A DNA stretch of 64,000 nucleotides. Source: Lama guanicoe. Taxonomy: Eukaryota. The notes under the pieces were generated by a model. The model did not search any database, was not told the DNA's origin, and saw only the letters and a list, made by a program, of their open reading frames with translations. The DNA lies in contig MU053652.1 of NCBI GenBank assembly GCA_013239625.1, positions 6,873,902-6,937,901 on the forward strand, written 5' to 3'. The position numbers and the translations under genes were made by a program. Below, piece by piece: positions 23,626-38,096 of this stretch (positions are counted from its first letter, which is position 1; every line of letters starts with the position of its first letter).

Positions 23626-26600
23626 TGAAAGTATTTTTTAATTAATAGATTTTATTTTGGGAACAGTTTTGTATTTTTTTAAAAGTTGAGCAGAGAAAAA
23701 AAATTTTTTAATTGAGCAGAAAATATAGTCAGACATACCATTTGCTACTACCCCTTAGAGCTTAACTTCTACTACATTGTGGACTAAATAGCAAGAAACT
23801 CCAAACTGTTAAATATGTAGAAATCCAACACACCTGCCAGCAAATGTGACAGTAGATCCAGTCTTTGTGCACACAGCTGCTATCTCAGTGGTTATCTACT
23901 GACTCTAAATCTGACTCAGGAGTCCAATCCACATGCCTAGTAGTGGCTTTAAGAATCTGGGATATAAAATATTTCAGTCATCATCCTGCAGAGCAGTGGA
24001 CTGGATGTTAAGTCAATCTTTGCTTCCTAAGTCAAAAGAAAGGTATGGCTTCAAACACTACTCATAATTTTAAAGTAAGTGCCATGTGGTCATGAGATTA
24101 ATGACTGAAATAAGGTAGACAGAGAAATCAAATTGCTTATTTAAAATGCATTTTCTTATATATGTGCTCTGAAGTTTCCCAGGTTGTGGGTACAAACTCT
24201 ATCAAGGTATATATTAAATTTGAATTTTTTCTATTTCTATGCACTCATTTAAAAGCTTTTCCTTCTGCAATGCTTTCCATGATTTTCCTAGAAGTTTTTT
24301 CAGAGTTTAAATAAAAAAAAAAAAAAAGCTTCTGTCACTTATTGCTTGAACTTTCCACAATCTGCCCTTCCACCACTACCTTTCCCATTCTGCAAAATGC
24401 AGATCCTTGCACCAAAATCCATGGGAACACAACATTCCTCTGCCCCAAGATCAAGGCAGCCTCTTTTAAAGTGGAAAGACTAGCTGTAACTTAAATGTTT
24501 TACATTTGAATTTTGGTCAGTTTTAACAATATCATTTCTGGAACCATTAAAGTCTTGAAGAGATTTGTGAAACAACTTTTTAAATTTAATCTGTTTCTTC
24601 TCAGGACACACAGATATCTGTGTTAGGATGAACTCAAATAGAATTCCCCAGTCCATTCTGAGAAAAGTGATGCTTCGGCTCAGTTAACAAATTCAACTTA
24701 TTTTACTTGAAATTTCCTACCTTATAAAGAATTTCCTCCAGGACACTTCTCCTCCAAGCTGGTGCCCATCAACCTCCTCCTGCTGTCCCCACCACTCCAC
24801 CAGCCATAGCAACATATGCCTAAATCACAAACAGTGACACAGGTAAGATTTTACCAATTGATTCCTTAGACCTCAGGTAAATACATCATTTAGAAGAGGA
24901 TCACCAGACGTGTTCTAATTCTGACTCACAATTTTTCCTTATCTAAACTGGTTTTGGCTACATTCTTCAAATGGTTTCTATCCTATACAGAGGTACTATA
25001 GATGAAGATGACTACTTATTAATTTAAACATTTAGTAATATTAATTTAAATAATTAGTGCTTATCAAGCACCTTATATATCTAGCACACATTCCTATCAT
25101 TTCAGTTCAAAATGCACTCTCTAAATGCTCTGCATCATTTTTCTCACCAGATCATTTTTCCTGGCTCATTTCCTTTTTGAGAGTAATCTAATTACAAACT
25201 AACTAACACTGACAAAACTTTTGATCACTTTTTATATACCACATACTGGTCAAGTTTTAGGAGACCTGCTAAAATTGGAAGGTGAACCCAGGTGGGATAG
25301 AAGATAATTAGAACTTGCTCATTCAAAGGGAAAATATAATAAGGAATAAATTGGTTTTCATAACTACTCAATGATAGGCTATTTGAAAATTATACTCAAA
25401 GATCTGCATTATATTCATTATTAACATAAATGATTGTTTGGCCTCTAGTTACAAAGACACAATAGTGGCTTAATTTATTTCCTTAAAGTATTCCAAACTC
25501 ATTTATTCTTTCTTTATTTTCTTTACGTATTATTTTCTGTGATTGGCTAATTTAAGAATCAACTTATTGAAGGTCTATGAAAGTGATCAGTAATAACAAT
25601 GGCTATTACCTTGAGTTATTTATCACAAAAAAGCTGAGGACATTTTTTGCCATTTGTTTGTTCCAAATACCTTCTAAAGATTTTGATTCAGTAGGTCTGG
25701 GTAGGGTTCAAATATTGATATATTTCTAAAGTTTCCATAGATAATGCTGACACATGGACCTCCTCCCAGTGATCTCTACTGGAACCCAGAAAATTGAAGG
25801 GGAAAAAAATAAAAGCACCTCCTCAACTTACATAGTTCACGTACATTCTCTCACTATATTGAAAAACAAAACAGAGATATCTCGTGACTTTTACTGAACT
25901 GAGAGGAAGTCATATTCCACAAATACTTTCTCAAATGAACATCAAATTCATATTTAATTACTGTTTTTTAATAATAGGCACCTTGGTATCCCTAATCTTT
26001 ACTGTTTTTTAAAAACTTTGCAATACTTGAGTGTTTTAATGCCCTTCATTCCAGCTGTCCTTGAAGACCACAGGAAAAGCCAAATGAAGTAATCCATCTT
26101 AAGATGGGCACTGTCTCCAAAGACAAGCCATGTTACTGGGAAAGGAAAAAGTTCACATGTTTTTTGATCTTTGTCCTTAGTTGTTCTAACCATTAATTAT
26201 AGCTGAAATGTTTTCTTTGGGTATTTGAGATACCCTAGAAGTGAGTTCTTCCAGCAGCACTCTGTTAAGAATGACTTCAAATAACAGTTTTACAAATATT
26301 TAATGATTAAGTATTCTCTTCTACCACTTTTGAGTTGTCTATAGGCATATACATAAGTCTATAGATCATACACATAGATGTTCACATTTTGTGTATATAT
26401 ATATATATATACCTTCTATCCATATTTATCACATGAGCATACAAATAGGTGATAGTACATACGTACCACACAAATGAGGGCACCACACACACATCTCTGT
26501 GTATCTGCAATGGTTGCCAAGATATCAGATTCACTGAAGTGCTCAATTAATAGTTACTGAATAGACACATTAATGGATAAATGAATTGCTAAATTTATTT

Positions 26601-26779
26601 AGAAAATGCTGATTTTCAAAAGGACACAAACACGGAGTGCCTGCTGTATGTGGTGTGCACATGCCCTATTTTAGGTCCCATCCCAGGCAACAACAAAGGG
26701 ACGATAAAAAGACTTCATGTATACGTGCACCTTCAGGTCATAGTAACGTTTGGGCTTTTTGGTTGTTTTGTTTTGTTTC

Positions 26780-27397
26780 TAATTAGTAGACTTCATTTTT
26801 AAAGGAGTATTAAGTTTACAGAATATTGAGCAGACAGTACAGAGCGTTCTCATACACCTACCTCCTCACCCCACCTCACAATTAATCCAATTATTAACAT
26901 CTGTCATTCATGTGACACATTAATTGCAATTGATGCATTGATACTGATAAATTATCATTAGCTTAAGTCCATAGTTTGCATTAGGGTTCACTCTTGTTTT
27001 GACATATGTGTAAGGATATATATCCACCATTACATTATCATTCAGATCAGTTTCACTTCTATAAATATGCACTGTGCTCCACCTTTCATCCCTTTTTCCA
27101 GTCAGTGATCTCCAGAGTTTTGCCTTTCCCAGAATGTTGTATAGTTCGAGTCATACAGGATGTAGCTTTTTCTAATTTAGCTTCTTTCACCAATCAATAT
27201 GTACTTCAGGTACTCTCATGTCATTTCATGGCTATAGAGCTCATTTCTCTTTATTGCTCACAAATATTACATTGTATACCACAGGTTCTTTATCCATCCA
27301 TCCTATTTGTTGAGCAACCTATTTGTTGCTTCTAAACTTTAGCAATCATGAAAAAAGCTACTAGAAGCACTGGTGTATAGGTTTCTGTGTGGACACG
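26780..27397 (-). mobile_element. L1M (MB/MC-type) 3' region, antisense
   Basis: 'aagtttacagaatattgagcagacagtacagagcgttctcatac...ccatagtttgcattagggttcactctt...ggtttctgtgtggacac'. Confidence 0.8.
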
Positions 27398-28140
27398 ATT
27401 GTCTGAAAAGACATTCCACCAAGGTAGATACCCAAATAGCAAAAAGGGCATAAAAAGATGCTCCACCTTGTGTGACCTCAGCAAACTACAAATTAAAACA
27501 ACAAGATGATACCACCACACAGATATTAGAATGGCTGAAATCCAAAACACTGTCAATATCAAATGCTGGCCAAGATGTGGAACAACTGGAACTCTTATTC
27601 ATTGCTGGTAAGAATGCAAAATGGTACAGCTACTTTGTAAGATGATTTGGTGGTTTCTTACAAAACTAAACATAGCTCTTACCATATGACCCAGCAATTG
27701 TGCTCTTTGGTATTTACCCAAAAAAGTTGAAAACTTATGTCCACACAAAACCCTGCACACAGATGTTTACAGCAACCGTATTCATAATTGCTAAAACTTG
27801 GAAGCAACCAAGATGTCTGTCAGTAGGTGAATGGGTAGGTAAACTGTACTACATCCAGACAAGGACATTTATTCAGCAGTAAAAGGAAATGAGCTGTAAA
27901 GCCGTAAAAAGACATGGAGGAAACTTAAATGCATAATACTAAGTGAAAGAAGCCAGTCTTAAAGGGCTACATACTTTATGACATTCTGGAGAAGTAAACT
28001 ACAGAAACAGTAAAAAGGTATCTGAGGAGGACGAAGGATGAATAGGCAGAACACAGAGGATTTTTAGGGCAGTCAAAATACTTTGCATGATACTATAATG
28101 ATGGATATTTGTCATTATACGTTCATTGCAACTCATAGCA
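27398..28140 (+). mobile_element. L1M (MC-type) ORF2 end and 3' UTR, sense
   Basis: 'gataccaccacacagatattagaatggctgaaatcc...ccatatgacccagcaattgtgctctttggtatttaccc'; translation 'GIYPKKLKTYVHTKPCTQMFTATVFIIAKTWKQPRC' is the ORF2p C-terminus. Confidence 0.88.
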
Positions 28141-28460
28141 AGTAAGGCTGTTCCCATCCTACTCCCAGCATATTCGTGATGCTTTGACTCTTCTGGGCTT
28201 TGCTGAAATTACACTATATCTGGAATCTTTTTCCTTGCCTGTTGAAATTTTACTTAATTTTCATAACCCAAACTCAAATGATGTATTTTCCAAAAAGCCT
28301 CACTTAATTCTCTGAGTCCCAGTTAATCATCTGCTATTCTCTTTTCCCCATGGCATTTATTTAAACCTCTTAAAATTAAGATCCACTAAGCCCAACTCCT
28401 TGAGCTCTCTTATGAGTCATTTTTTTTCACATTCTTAGATAGATTCCATTATATTCCTTT

Positions 28461-30383
28461 TTTTTAAATTGAAGTATAGTCAGTTTACAATGTGTCAATT
28501 TCTGCTGTGCAGCATAATGTTTCAGTCATACATATACATACATATATTTGTTTTCATAAATGGTTACTACAAGATATTGAATATAGTTCCCTGTGCTATA
28601 CAGAAGAAACTCATTATTTATCTATTCTGTATATAGTAGTTAGTATCTGCAAATCTTGAACTCCCAATTTATCCCTTCCCATCCCCCTTTCCCCCCAGTA
28701 ACCATACATTTGTTTTCTATGTCTGTGAGACTGAGATTTTGTGTTCTCTCTTTTCTTCTTGGTGAGCCTGGCCAGAGGTTTGCCAATTTTGCTTACTCTT
28801 CCAAAAAACAAGCTCTTGATTTGATTGATCTTTTTTCTATTTTTTTAAATCTCTATTTTATTTACTTCCTCCCTGATCTTTATTATTTCTTTTATTCTGT
28901 TGACTTTAGGTTTTATTTGTTCTTTTTCTAATTCTTTTAGGTAGTAGGTTAGGTTCTACTTTTATGAGGAAGGCCCGTATCACTATGAACTTCCCTCTTA
29001 GGACTGCTTTGGCTGCATCCCATAGATTTGGTGTGGTTGTGTTTTTATTGTCATTTGTCTCAAGATATTTTTAAATTTTTTCTTTGATTTCATCACTGAC
29101 CCATTGGTTTTTGAGTAGCATGTTGTTTAGTCTCCAGGTAGTGATATTTTTCTCATTTATTTTTCTGTGATTGATTTCTAGTTTCATGGCATTGTGGTCA
29201 GAAAAGGTGCTTGAAATTTCTATCCTCTTACATTTGTTGAGGCTTCTTTGTGTCTGAGTATGTGGTCTATCCTAGAGAATGTTCCATGGGCACTTGAAAA
29301 TAATGTATATTCTGTTTTGGGGGGGTGTAATGTCCTAAAAATATCAACCCAATCTGACTGTTCTATTGTGTCATTTAGTATCTCCATTGCCTTACTGATT
29401 TTCTGTCTGAAAGACTTGTCTAATGATGTCAGTGGGGTGTTGAAGTCTCCTACTATTATTGTATTCCCATAAATTTCTCCCTTTATGTCTGTTAGTATTT
29501 GTTTTATATATTTAGGTGCTCCTATATTGGGTGCATATATGAGTATAACATCCTCTTCTTGTATTGCTCCTTTGATCATTATATAGTGTCCTTCTTTGTC
29601 TTTTCTCATGGTCTTTGTTTTAAAATCTGTTCTGTCTTATATGAGTATTGCTACTCTAACTTTCTTGTAATTTCCATTTGCATGAAGTATCTTTTTCCAG
29701 CCTCTCACTTTCAATCTATGTGTGTCCTTCACTCTACAGTGGGTCTCTTGTAGACAGCATAGGGTAGACTTTTGTTTCATTATCCAATCTGCCACTCTAT
29801 GTCTTTTAATTGAAGCAGTTAGTCCATTGACGTTTATGATAATTATTGATAAATGTGTGTTTATTGCCATTTCAAATTTTGTTTTCCAGTAGATTTGGTA
29901 TTTCTTCTTTGTTCCTATTTTTTTTTTTTGTGGTTTGATCATTTTCTTTTGTATAAACTTGGTTTCTTTGTTACTCTATTGTATGCTTTTGATTTGTGGT
30001 TACCCTGTTTTTCAAATATGATAACCCATTACTATATGTGTTTGCTTTAGACTAATAGTCATGTAGGCTCAAACACATCCTAAGAAGAATGAAGAGAAAA
30101 TCTACATTTTCTTGCTCCTCTCTCCCCCCTTGTATGATTTTGATGTTCTCTTTTACATTTTTATGTGTATTCACTTACAGCTATTGTAGTTCGCCTTTCC
30201 AATTATGATTTTGTTTTTTCTATAGCTTTCTGCTTCTTTTCTACTTAGAGTAGATCTTTCAATATTTCTTTTAGGATAGTCTTAGTATTCCTGAATTCTT
30301 TTAGTTTTTGCTTGACTGTGAAATTCTTTCTCTCTCCTTCTACTCTAAAGGATAGTCTTGATGGGCAGAGTATTCTAGGTTGC
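28461..30383 (-). mobile_element. Young L1: ORF1 C-terminus, ORF2 endonuclease domain and 3' UTR, with RT region deleted
   Basis: Minus-strand ORFs 'HLSIIIINVNGLTASIKRHRVADW...CCLQETH', 'DKEGHYIMIKG...IYAPNIGAP...GDFNTPL...FSRIDHIL' and 'KIGKPLARLTKKKRE' joined to the 3' UTR at ~28735; TSD c(c/t)att(a/g)tattcctttt at ~28446 and ~30383. Confidence 0.92.
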
Positions 30384-33149
30384 TATTGTATTCCTTTTAA
30401 CAGACCATGATAAATGGCATGTGAACAGTAGATATTCAAGAATATTTGATTTAATTGATCTATGTTTAAAAGTAGATAAATTTGGGCCTCCTCAAACTTT
30501 CAAACCTGAGAGAACTGCAGTCCTATTGACAAAAATGGGAAAGCTAGATAAAGCAGCCTCTTTGTCAAATTTATAAGTTTGATTGATATCAGATATCTGT
30601 TGAATATGGCAGAATTTACATAATCTCTGTAAATGTGAGTCAAATTTATCATAATAAATCTCTAAGGGGAGAATGTAAAAAGGGTAACAGGGATTATTCA
30701 ACTTGTGGAAACTCTATATTTAAAGTTCTGAAAGGAGAAATAATTGCCAGAACTAGATAAAGTAAAGAAATGATGACCAAAAGAAAGACAGGATGCACAT
30801 CTGATAATTACTGTTTCAGATTTTAGTTCTAGATTACAGAACATAGTTACCACAAAATTGGAAATATAGGCTAATACATTTACAAAGATAGCTAATACCT
30901 GTTTTCATAGGAAATGTTCTGAAAGGTTTCAGTAAAACCACATGTACTTTTTTTAACTGAGGAGTTATTTCTCCAACTATCTGCTTTAGAAACTAAAGTA
31001 GTGACAAAGAGAGCATTCTCCTCATGATCTTGGCCTACTTTTTCATTTTATCTATTTTAGTTCTCATGTTAAATCATAACATTTAGCTGAACTTTAATGT
31101 TCACACTTAAGATGAAAACCTAAAATGTACATTTAACAGGAGTGAAATTCTTAAATCATACTACTTTATGATGCATGATTTAAGATTTTCATTCCAGTTA
31201 AGTATATGTATAAAGCTATAATTATTGCTAGTCTGCCTTTCTATTTATACTTTTACCCCTCCTCAAAAGGCTTAATGAGTTTATTGGATAATTTTGGAAA
31301 ATGAAACCTAAATCTTACAGCTTCTTTATTTCATTTGAAATTCTAAGTGCAATGTTTCACCTTTGGCATTTGGTTACATAATGGATAATACAGTTAATCC
31401 ATCTTTCCCTGATGATAATTCTGGCCTTTACTTAAAAGGTATCATAATTTAAATGCTATAAATTAAACCAGTAGATGATAAATTTTTTTCCTTAGGATTA
31501 TGACAAGGCAGGTTGAGAGTAACTGATGAGTTTCTATCACCATCTGCCAGGGGCAGAGGCGCATTCCTCTATGGTTCTCATCTTAATGGGAAAATGAGCA
31601 CATTTATGTACATCTCTGGCTAATTTGGGGCCAAATGCATCTCTCAAGAATTTTTGCTTCCTTTTAGAGAGTGTTAATTCTGAGGCAATTAGTGTATGAC
31701 AGGTGGAAAGCGCAAGTGAAACCACAGCTGTAGTCCCTTAAATGATGCCTATAAACAATTGGAAATAACCTAGGATATTTCCATGATCTTATAAGAAGGG
31801 GTTGTCAGCAAGTCATTGCTGCTCTATCCTAGTGGGAATGCCCTGAAGGCAGCAAGTGATGTTTTACATGTTGCCAAACTATAAAATACATTGTGATCTT
31901 GTTTGCTGTTCCCAATGACCTGCCTGTGTGGAATTCTCATGTACTTCTTTTGGGGATTGTGGTCAGCAGCTTTACTTTTGAAATATGTCACCTTCTCTGT
32001 TATGCATAGAATCTCATGATTCAGTATATTTTAGAGAAAAAAAAGCATTCAAAAATCCAGAGAGGTAACAATTTGAAAATAAAAAATTAATGTTACATTT
32101 AAAAGAGAAGTAATTCTTTATCATCTGGTGAAAATAGGTATCACTTAAAATTCTGAAAAATATCCAAATGATATATAAGTATGTAAATTATTAAACATAT
32201 TCAGTAGAGCTCTAGGTATCTCGTTTAATGATAAAGAAAAATACAAACTTGAAGATCAGAGAATCTCAAGATATTTAAGTATTAACACATGAATGTGAGA
32301 TTAAAGAAAAACAACAGACTCCACGAATAATTGGAAAATCTGCTTTCTCAGTTAAGGGATAAAGTCTTTAATGTCTTGTTAAGTCATTCCAGAACCCATA
32401 ATCTTTTTGAATGTATCATAATAATGATCAATATGAGCCGTAGTTGAAATTCTCTGAGCGTATGGATGGATAACTGTAGCAATATGGCCACTTATGAGCT
32501 TATGTTTGGTGTTACTTGTTAAGCATCAACAATTCTCATTAACTACATTAATAATATGCTAAACTTCTGTCCTGATTGCTTCCATGTTCTGATTGTAGCT
32601 ACAGACAAGATGGATTAGGAAATTGGGGATTAGGAACGGACCCTGAATTTTTATCTTGAAAACCTGCTCATTTCAGGTCATTCTATGAAACTAAGCACTC
32701 ATGATTCAGCAATCTTGCCTGGAAAATTAGTAACAGGAGGGACAGTCTTTCCTTTCTTATTTGAGGAGAGGCTATCCTCCTTTCTCCAAAATGTTCTAAC
32801 TCCCTCACCCAGAGGAATTGCTTTGCAATAGTACAAGAGAAGAATTAGCAGTGGCTTTGTGAGTTTTCCTCTAGCCTTGAGTACACTTGAGAATTCTGAC
32901 CCTGGGAAACTCACATAATTGTTAGTAGCTTACTCATACCATATCTAAGATTAGGACTATACACCAGACTGCTCACCTGTCATCAAGTAACAAGCAACTC
33001 AAGTTAATAAGATGCAGGTACAAAGAGCTAGTCACTCGTGTGTACGAAGGGACTGCAAGTCTAGTCATAACAATTGTAGTGGGGTCTATGACTAGCTTAG
33101 ATGCAAAAGCTAAAACTTTCCAGAGGAAGTGAGTTCTTAACCTAGAAAT

Positions 33150-33680
33150 AATTCCTCTGCTTTACAAACAAACTTTGTATTGTTACACAGGTATTAGACA
33201 TTAAAGACACAAAGATGAAAAACTTAATACTTGCCCTCCAAGTTATTTCTAGTGGACAGATAAGGAAATTAAGTGCAGCTTAATAAATGTTAATAATAGA
33301 CACAAGCACAGGATATTTGGTGGCGATGCATTTGGGGTTCATATAATGTATATCAGAATGGGGAAGGGAGATGTGGTCAAATATCACTCCTTCCAAAAAC
33401 TATACTGGCCCTGGGTATTGAAGGAATTGAATCCTTCTCAGAGGGGCATGAAAATGTCTCTGTTGGTGTGAGGATTAGATTATTCAATGCACATAGACAC
33501 ACATGCTTTGTTCAAAGAACTGCAATTTAGGATTAAGGAATTAAAAAGAAGAATTAAGAGCTCTAAACAGCTAAATCATGGAGGATATTTTTCAAATGTT
33601 AAAGAAATTGGGCACTGCCACACAGCAAATTGAGAGATATTAATCATTTTAATTAGGTAGCAATGAATGATATTATATTT
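33150..33680 (-). mobile_element. Degraded L2 fragment
   Basis: 'caggtattagacattaaagacacaaagatgaaaaac...tgccctccaaag...ttctagtgga...taataaatgttaataatag'. Confidence 0.55.
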
Positions 33681-34084
33681 GGAGAAGCTAGAGAAAGATA
33701 AAGTCACCTTAGTTATGAGGAATTCATAAGAAATCCCATTGCAAAACCACTGAATGAAAGAATTATTTCAAAGTTAAAAACTTTTTATCAAATTTAAACT
33801 AAGTAACTAGCAATTTTACTAATTTATTTTAACGTTTAATATGACATATCTGTGCAAGAAAATAATGATGGCATTTTTAGAGTATACAAGATAAAATGTA
33901 TATTGTTATTTCTCATAAATAATATGTTATAACTTCCATAGATAAATATATTACATACCACTTGTATCTATAAATACACAGTTTTTACTTTTTTTCTTAC
34001 TCATACCTTGCAGGATATTCATAACTCAAGAAGCATAGGATCAAAAGAGCCTGGTGGTGCTCTGTTGTTTTGCAGACTTTATTT

Positions 34085-36430
34085 GTATTCCTTTTACAAG
34101 ACATAGATCTCAACTGTAAAAACAAAGAAAAGTTGATCAAAGGTTGGAAAAATATTTAACACATGGATGCTAATCAAAGTTTGCTTAACTGTATATATCA
34201 GACACACCAATAAGCATTATTAGAGATAAAATGGGACATTTTAAAATAATAAGTGTTCATTCACCAAGACTAGATAACAATTCTAAATTTGGAGACATTA
34301 ATGTTAATTATCAGAACTAAAAGTGGAGCTAAAAATATCCTAAAACATGAGAAGCACACAATTCTCAAGATGTCAAGGCATCTGATAAAATAAGAAGAAA
34401 TATCTATAAACTATAGAAAAATTGAACAAAGTGATTAAGAAATATGATCTAATTGGTAAATACAGAACAACTCAATAACTTAAAAAAAATACAATTCTCA
34501 AATTCATGTGGGACTTTACCAAAGTTAGCCATATGCTATGTCATAATGTTAGTCTCAACAAATCTCAAAAGACTGAAATTAAGCCAAATCAACAATAAAA
34601 AGTCTCTGAAAAACTCACCAAATCTTTAGAAAGTAAGCAATGCACTTCTAAATAACTCATGGATCAAAAACAAAGCAAAAGAAAACAAAACAAACCAAAA
34701 AAACCACACTGATTTCAGACAATATTTTAATTGAATGATAAAGTATGATATTCAAAACTTATAGGATGCAGCTTAACCCATACTTAGAAGGAAATATTTA
34801 GCCTTAAATGTATATATTAGAAATACCAAAGACTAAATAAAAAAAAATGTAAGTATCCATCTCAAAAAGTTAGAAAAAGAAAAGCAAATGAAACCCAAGG
34901 AAAATAGAATGAAATAGATACTATAAAGATGAGAGCAGAAATTAATGAAACCAAAAAATCAGATTATAAGAGAGAAAATAAACTAAACTAAAAGTTGTTT
35001 CTTTCAAAAGACCTATAAAGAACCAGATACAGAAGGAGTTATGACATGTGGCCATAGCCAGTGGCTGGTTAAGTGGCAGAGGTATTCGCTGGGCACCAAT
35101 GTTAAGGTCATTTGCCTCTTAGGCTCTGCTTTGGTGAAGACCTAATGCTTCCTGTTCTTCTCATGAAATTGTGGAAACTCATCCAACAAAACAAGCACAA
35201 TGCCCGCTCAGGAGGGCAGAGCTCAACCTTCCAACTCCAAGATCATGACCACCTCTGACCTCTGCCATTAGAATGGTTTGGAAGGTTCCTTTACTTTGGC
35301 CTCCAGCCCCTGACAATGTAATTTCTCTGCTTGTGGGTGAAAAGAGGAAATCCCTTTATGGTGCTGACCTCACTCCCCTTCTCACCCCAAGGACAGAGCA
35401 GAGAGGGGGCAAGATGGAGCCTGCCCATAGATGGAGTTCTGAGATGTGAGGTAATGTTGGGTCCCCATCTATGGCAGGAGCCAGAAGGAGTCTGGCAGGG
35501 GCTGTGAGGGAGAAGAGGGGCCAGCTTTGAGATTTTCTTTATGTTTGGCCTGGATATGTTCTAACCTTAAAGTCAAATGAAAACTTTGGAAATGTTTAAG
35601 AAAAACAAAAAAGGACTTAATAGAATGCATGTTCTTCTAGAAAGTCTGATGAAAAAGAAAAACATGAATTTCAAGAACAAAAAGTATGAAATGGAGTATC
35701 ACCATAGATCCTTTAGTCATTAAAACAGATGAGAAGATGTTATAAAACACTTATGCAAAAAATTAAAAAGATGAAATGGACAAATCACCTGAAGAGTCCA
35801 AACCCAAGAAGTCTGAGAGAAGCTGAATAATATTATACCTATTAAATATAAGTAAACCTGTAATTAGAAGCTTCCCAACAAAGACATCTCCATATTCAGA
35901 TGGCTCTAGTGGTGATTTCATCACAATATAGAATGAAAATATAAAACAAGTTTTGCATACACTGCTCCAGGGGCATCAAAAAAGAAGAAAACTTTCCCAA
36001 CTGATTTTTGGGATACAAGTTTGATACAAACACCAAATAAAGAATATTGCAAGATTAAAAAAAAACAAAACTAAGATACAAAATCCTCTCAAGAACAGAA
36101 ATGCAAATATCCTAAACACATTTTTGACAATGAAAATCCAGGATTGTATAACATGGGACTATATCATGACCAAGTTGTGTTTATTTCAGGTATGTACTGG
36201 GGTTTAACATTCCAAAATTAATCTATGAAATTCATAACAATGACAGAATAAAAAAGAAAAATCACCTAGTCTTAGCATTTCATAAAATTCAACATCTTTT
36301 CTTTATAAATAAATGTAGACAATTAATGATAGAGGGAAAGCTTCCTTGATCTTATAAAGGATATCTGCAAAAAACTACAGCGTCCATCGCATTTCATGGG
36401 GAAACATCAGAAACCTTTCTCCCAAAAGAG
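34085..36430 (+). mobile_element. Old L1 ORF2 fragment, interrupted at ~35020-35640
   Basis: A-rich ORF2-like motifs 'cacttctaaataactcatggatcaaa', 'ggatgcagcttaacccatacttagaaggaaat', 'aaatgcaaatatcctaaac', 'catgaccaagttgtgtttatttcagg'. Confidence 0.85.
35020..35640. mobile_element. GC-richer insertion within L1, probably an old LTR (family not recognised)
   Basis: Abrupt composition change; L1 ORF2 resumes colinearly at 'ctagaaagtctgatgaaaaagaaaa'. Confidence 0.4.
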
Positions 36431-38096
36431 AAAAGGCTATCAACTATGACTATTTTTTCATTAAGAAATACAGCTTCTTAGCTTTAAAATCAGGGAAAAT
36501 CATTTTAAGCTTCCAACAAACAACATATAGATTTTTATTTAGTATTTCCAAGTAAATATTTTAAAGTATAACTACGTACAGTTTAATATGGCACTCATTA
36601 CTCAGAACTATCCGATTTCTTGTCCCTCAGAGAGGCCACAGAACATGAGAGAGAATCCCCATGAAATCAAGTGTAGTTATGTGCTTTATAGGAGATCATA
36701 GGACACTCTGGACTTGCTAATGCTGCCATGATGCATTTTTTTTAAGTATGCCTCTAGTCACGTATCTTCTGAAATGCAATAAATGTCCGAAATTATGCAA
36801 TTTGAAGAAAAATAAGTGGAAATAAAAAACTGGACAACACTCCGGTATCGGGGAGAGATATCTGTAGAGACCATTTTCACGTGACACAGTGTACAATCTG
36901 GGCAGCTTATGTCTTGTTCTCTAGCACCTGCTGTTTCATGTCTTCTTGGGAGGCATCTTCCAGCATATAATCTTTTAACTCTTACATCCACTACAGATGA
37001 GATCGTAGCAAAAAAAATTAACATTAGGGACCATCATGTGTATTTTTGACCTTAATCTGAAGGATTAAGGAGTCTATAAACCAAAAAATGTAATATTACT
37101 TCTCCATTACTCATTTTGTGAGTGCCGGGTATTATTTATATGGTTTAAATGCTATTTTAAAGTGGAAGCCAATATTATCAAGTTTAGGAAGTTACAATAA
37201 GAGCATCTAAAAGTTTACAAGTAAACTGAGAAAAGTTAAAAAATACCTGCCAGGAAAAACAGATGTGGTTTGTTTACTGAAGCAAAATCAGATAGGGTTT
37301 CTGCTTCCAGGATAATATTATTTAATAGGAAGACCCCATATGTATCACTTTATATGCCTTACATGCACATATAAACTGCCAATTTATACTTTCATAAATA
37401 GTTTACTGTCAGAATATTTTCAAGTTGAAATAAATTGTAAAGCATAAAATATGACAAAAATTTCTGAAATGTAATGCCTGTGGCCAAAATGCAATGGGAA
37501 AAATCATGAACTACTCTCCTGTAATGCTATTTTCTTTTTCTTCTTTCATTTTTTTATTTCTTTACACTAATTCAATGCACTTGATTCAGACACCTGAAGC
37601 ACAGGCCTGGAAGAGTAATTTAGAGACTGAGATTGAAAAAAAAAAGAAATGGAAAGGATTATAGATGCAATATGGGGCAAATAATCAGAGGAGATGCTAG
37701 GCTGCTAACGTGTCCATGTTTACAATCAACTGGAGAAGACTTAGGGAAGAATGCTGGCACTCTAAAATGACATAATACTCCTTACATGTTCTGCCTCCAC
37801 CAACCCCAGTCATATGTAACACCACCTTTCTTTCATATGCTCCAGTCAAAGCAAAACTGTCCTTTTTCTCGACTTGCTACGCATATTTCACCCTTACATT
37901 TTGATTTGATTCGGCACAGAATGTTGTTCTACCTGTTCTGTTCCTTCCTTGGAGTTGCATACCCATTAAAATCAGCGCAGCCTTTGTTTGAAAGTACTGC
38001 ATAACTACTGATACAGCCAGTAACTGAGGGGTCAGACCTTCGAAAACTAGGAAAGCACATTGAGAAACTCCAACTTTCTGCATGCCACTATAATAA

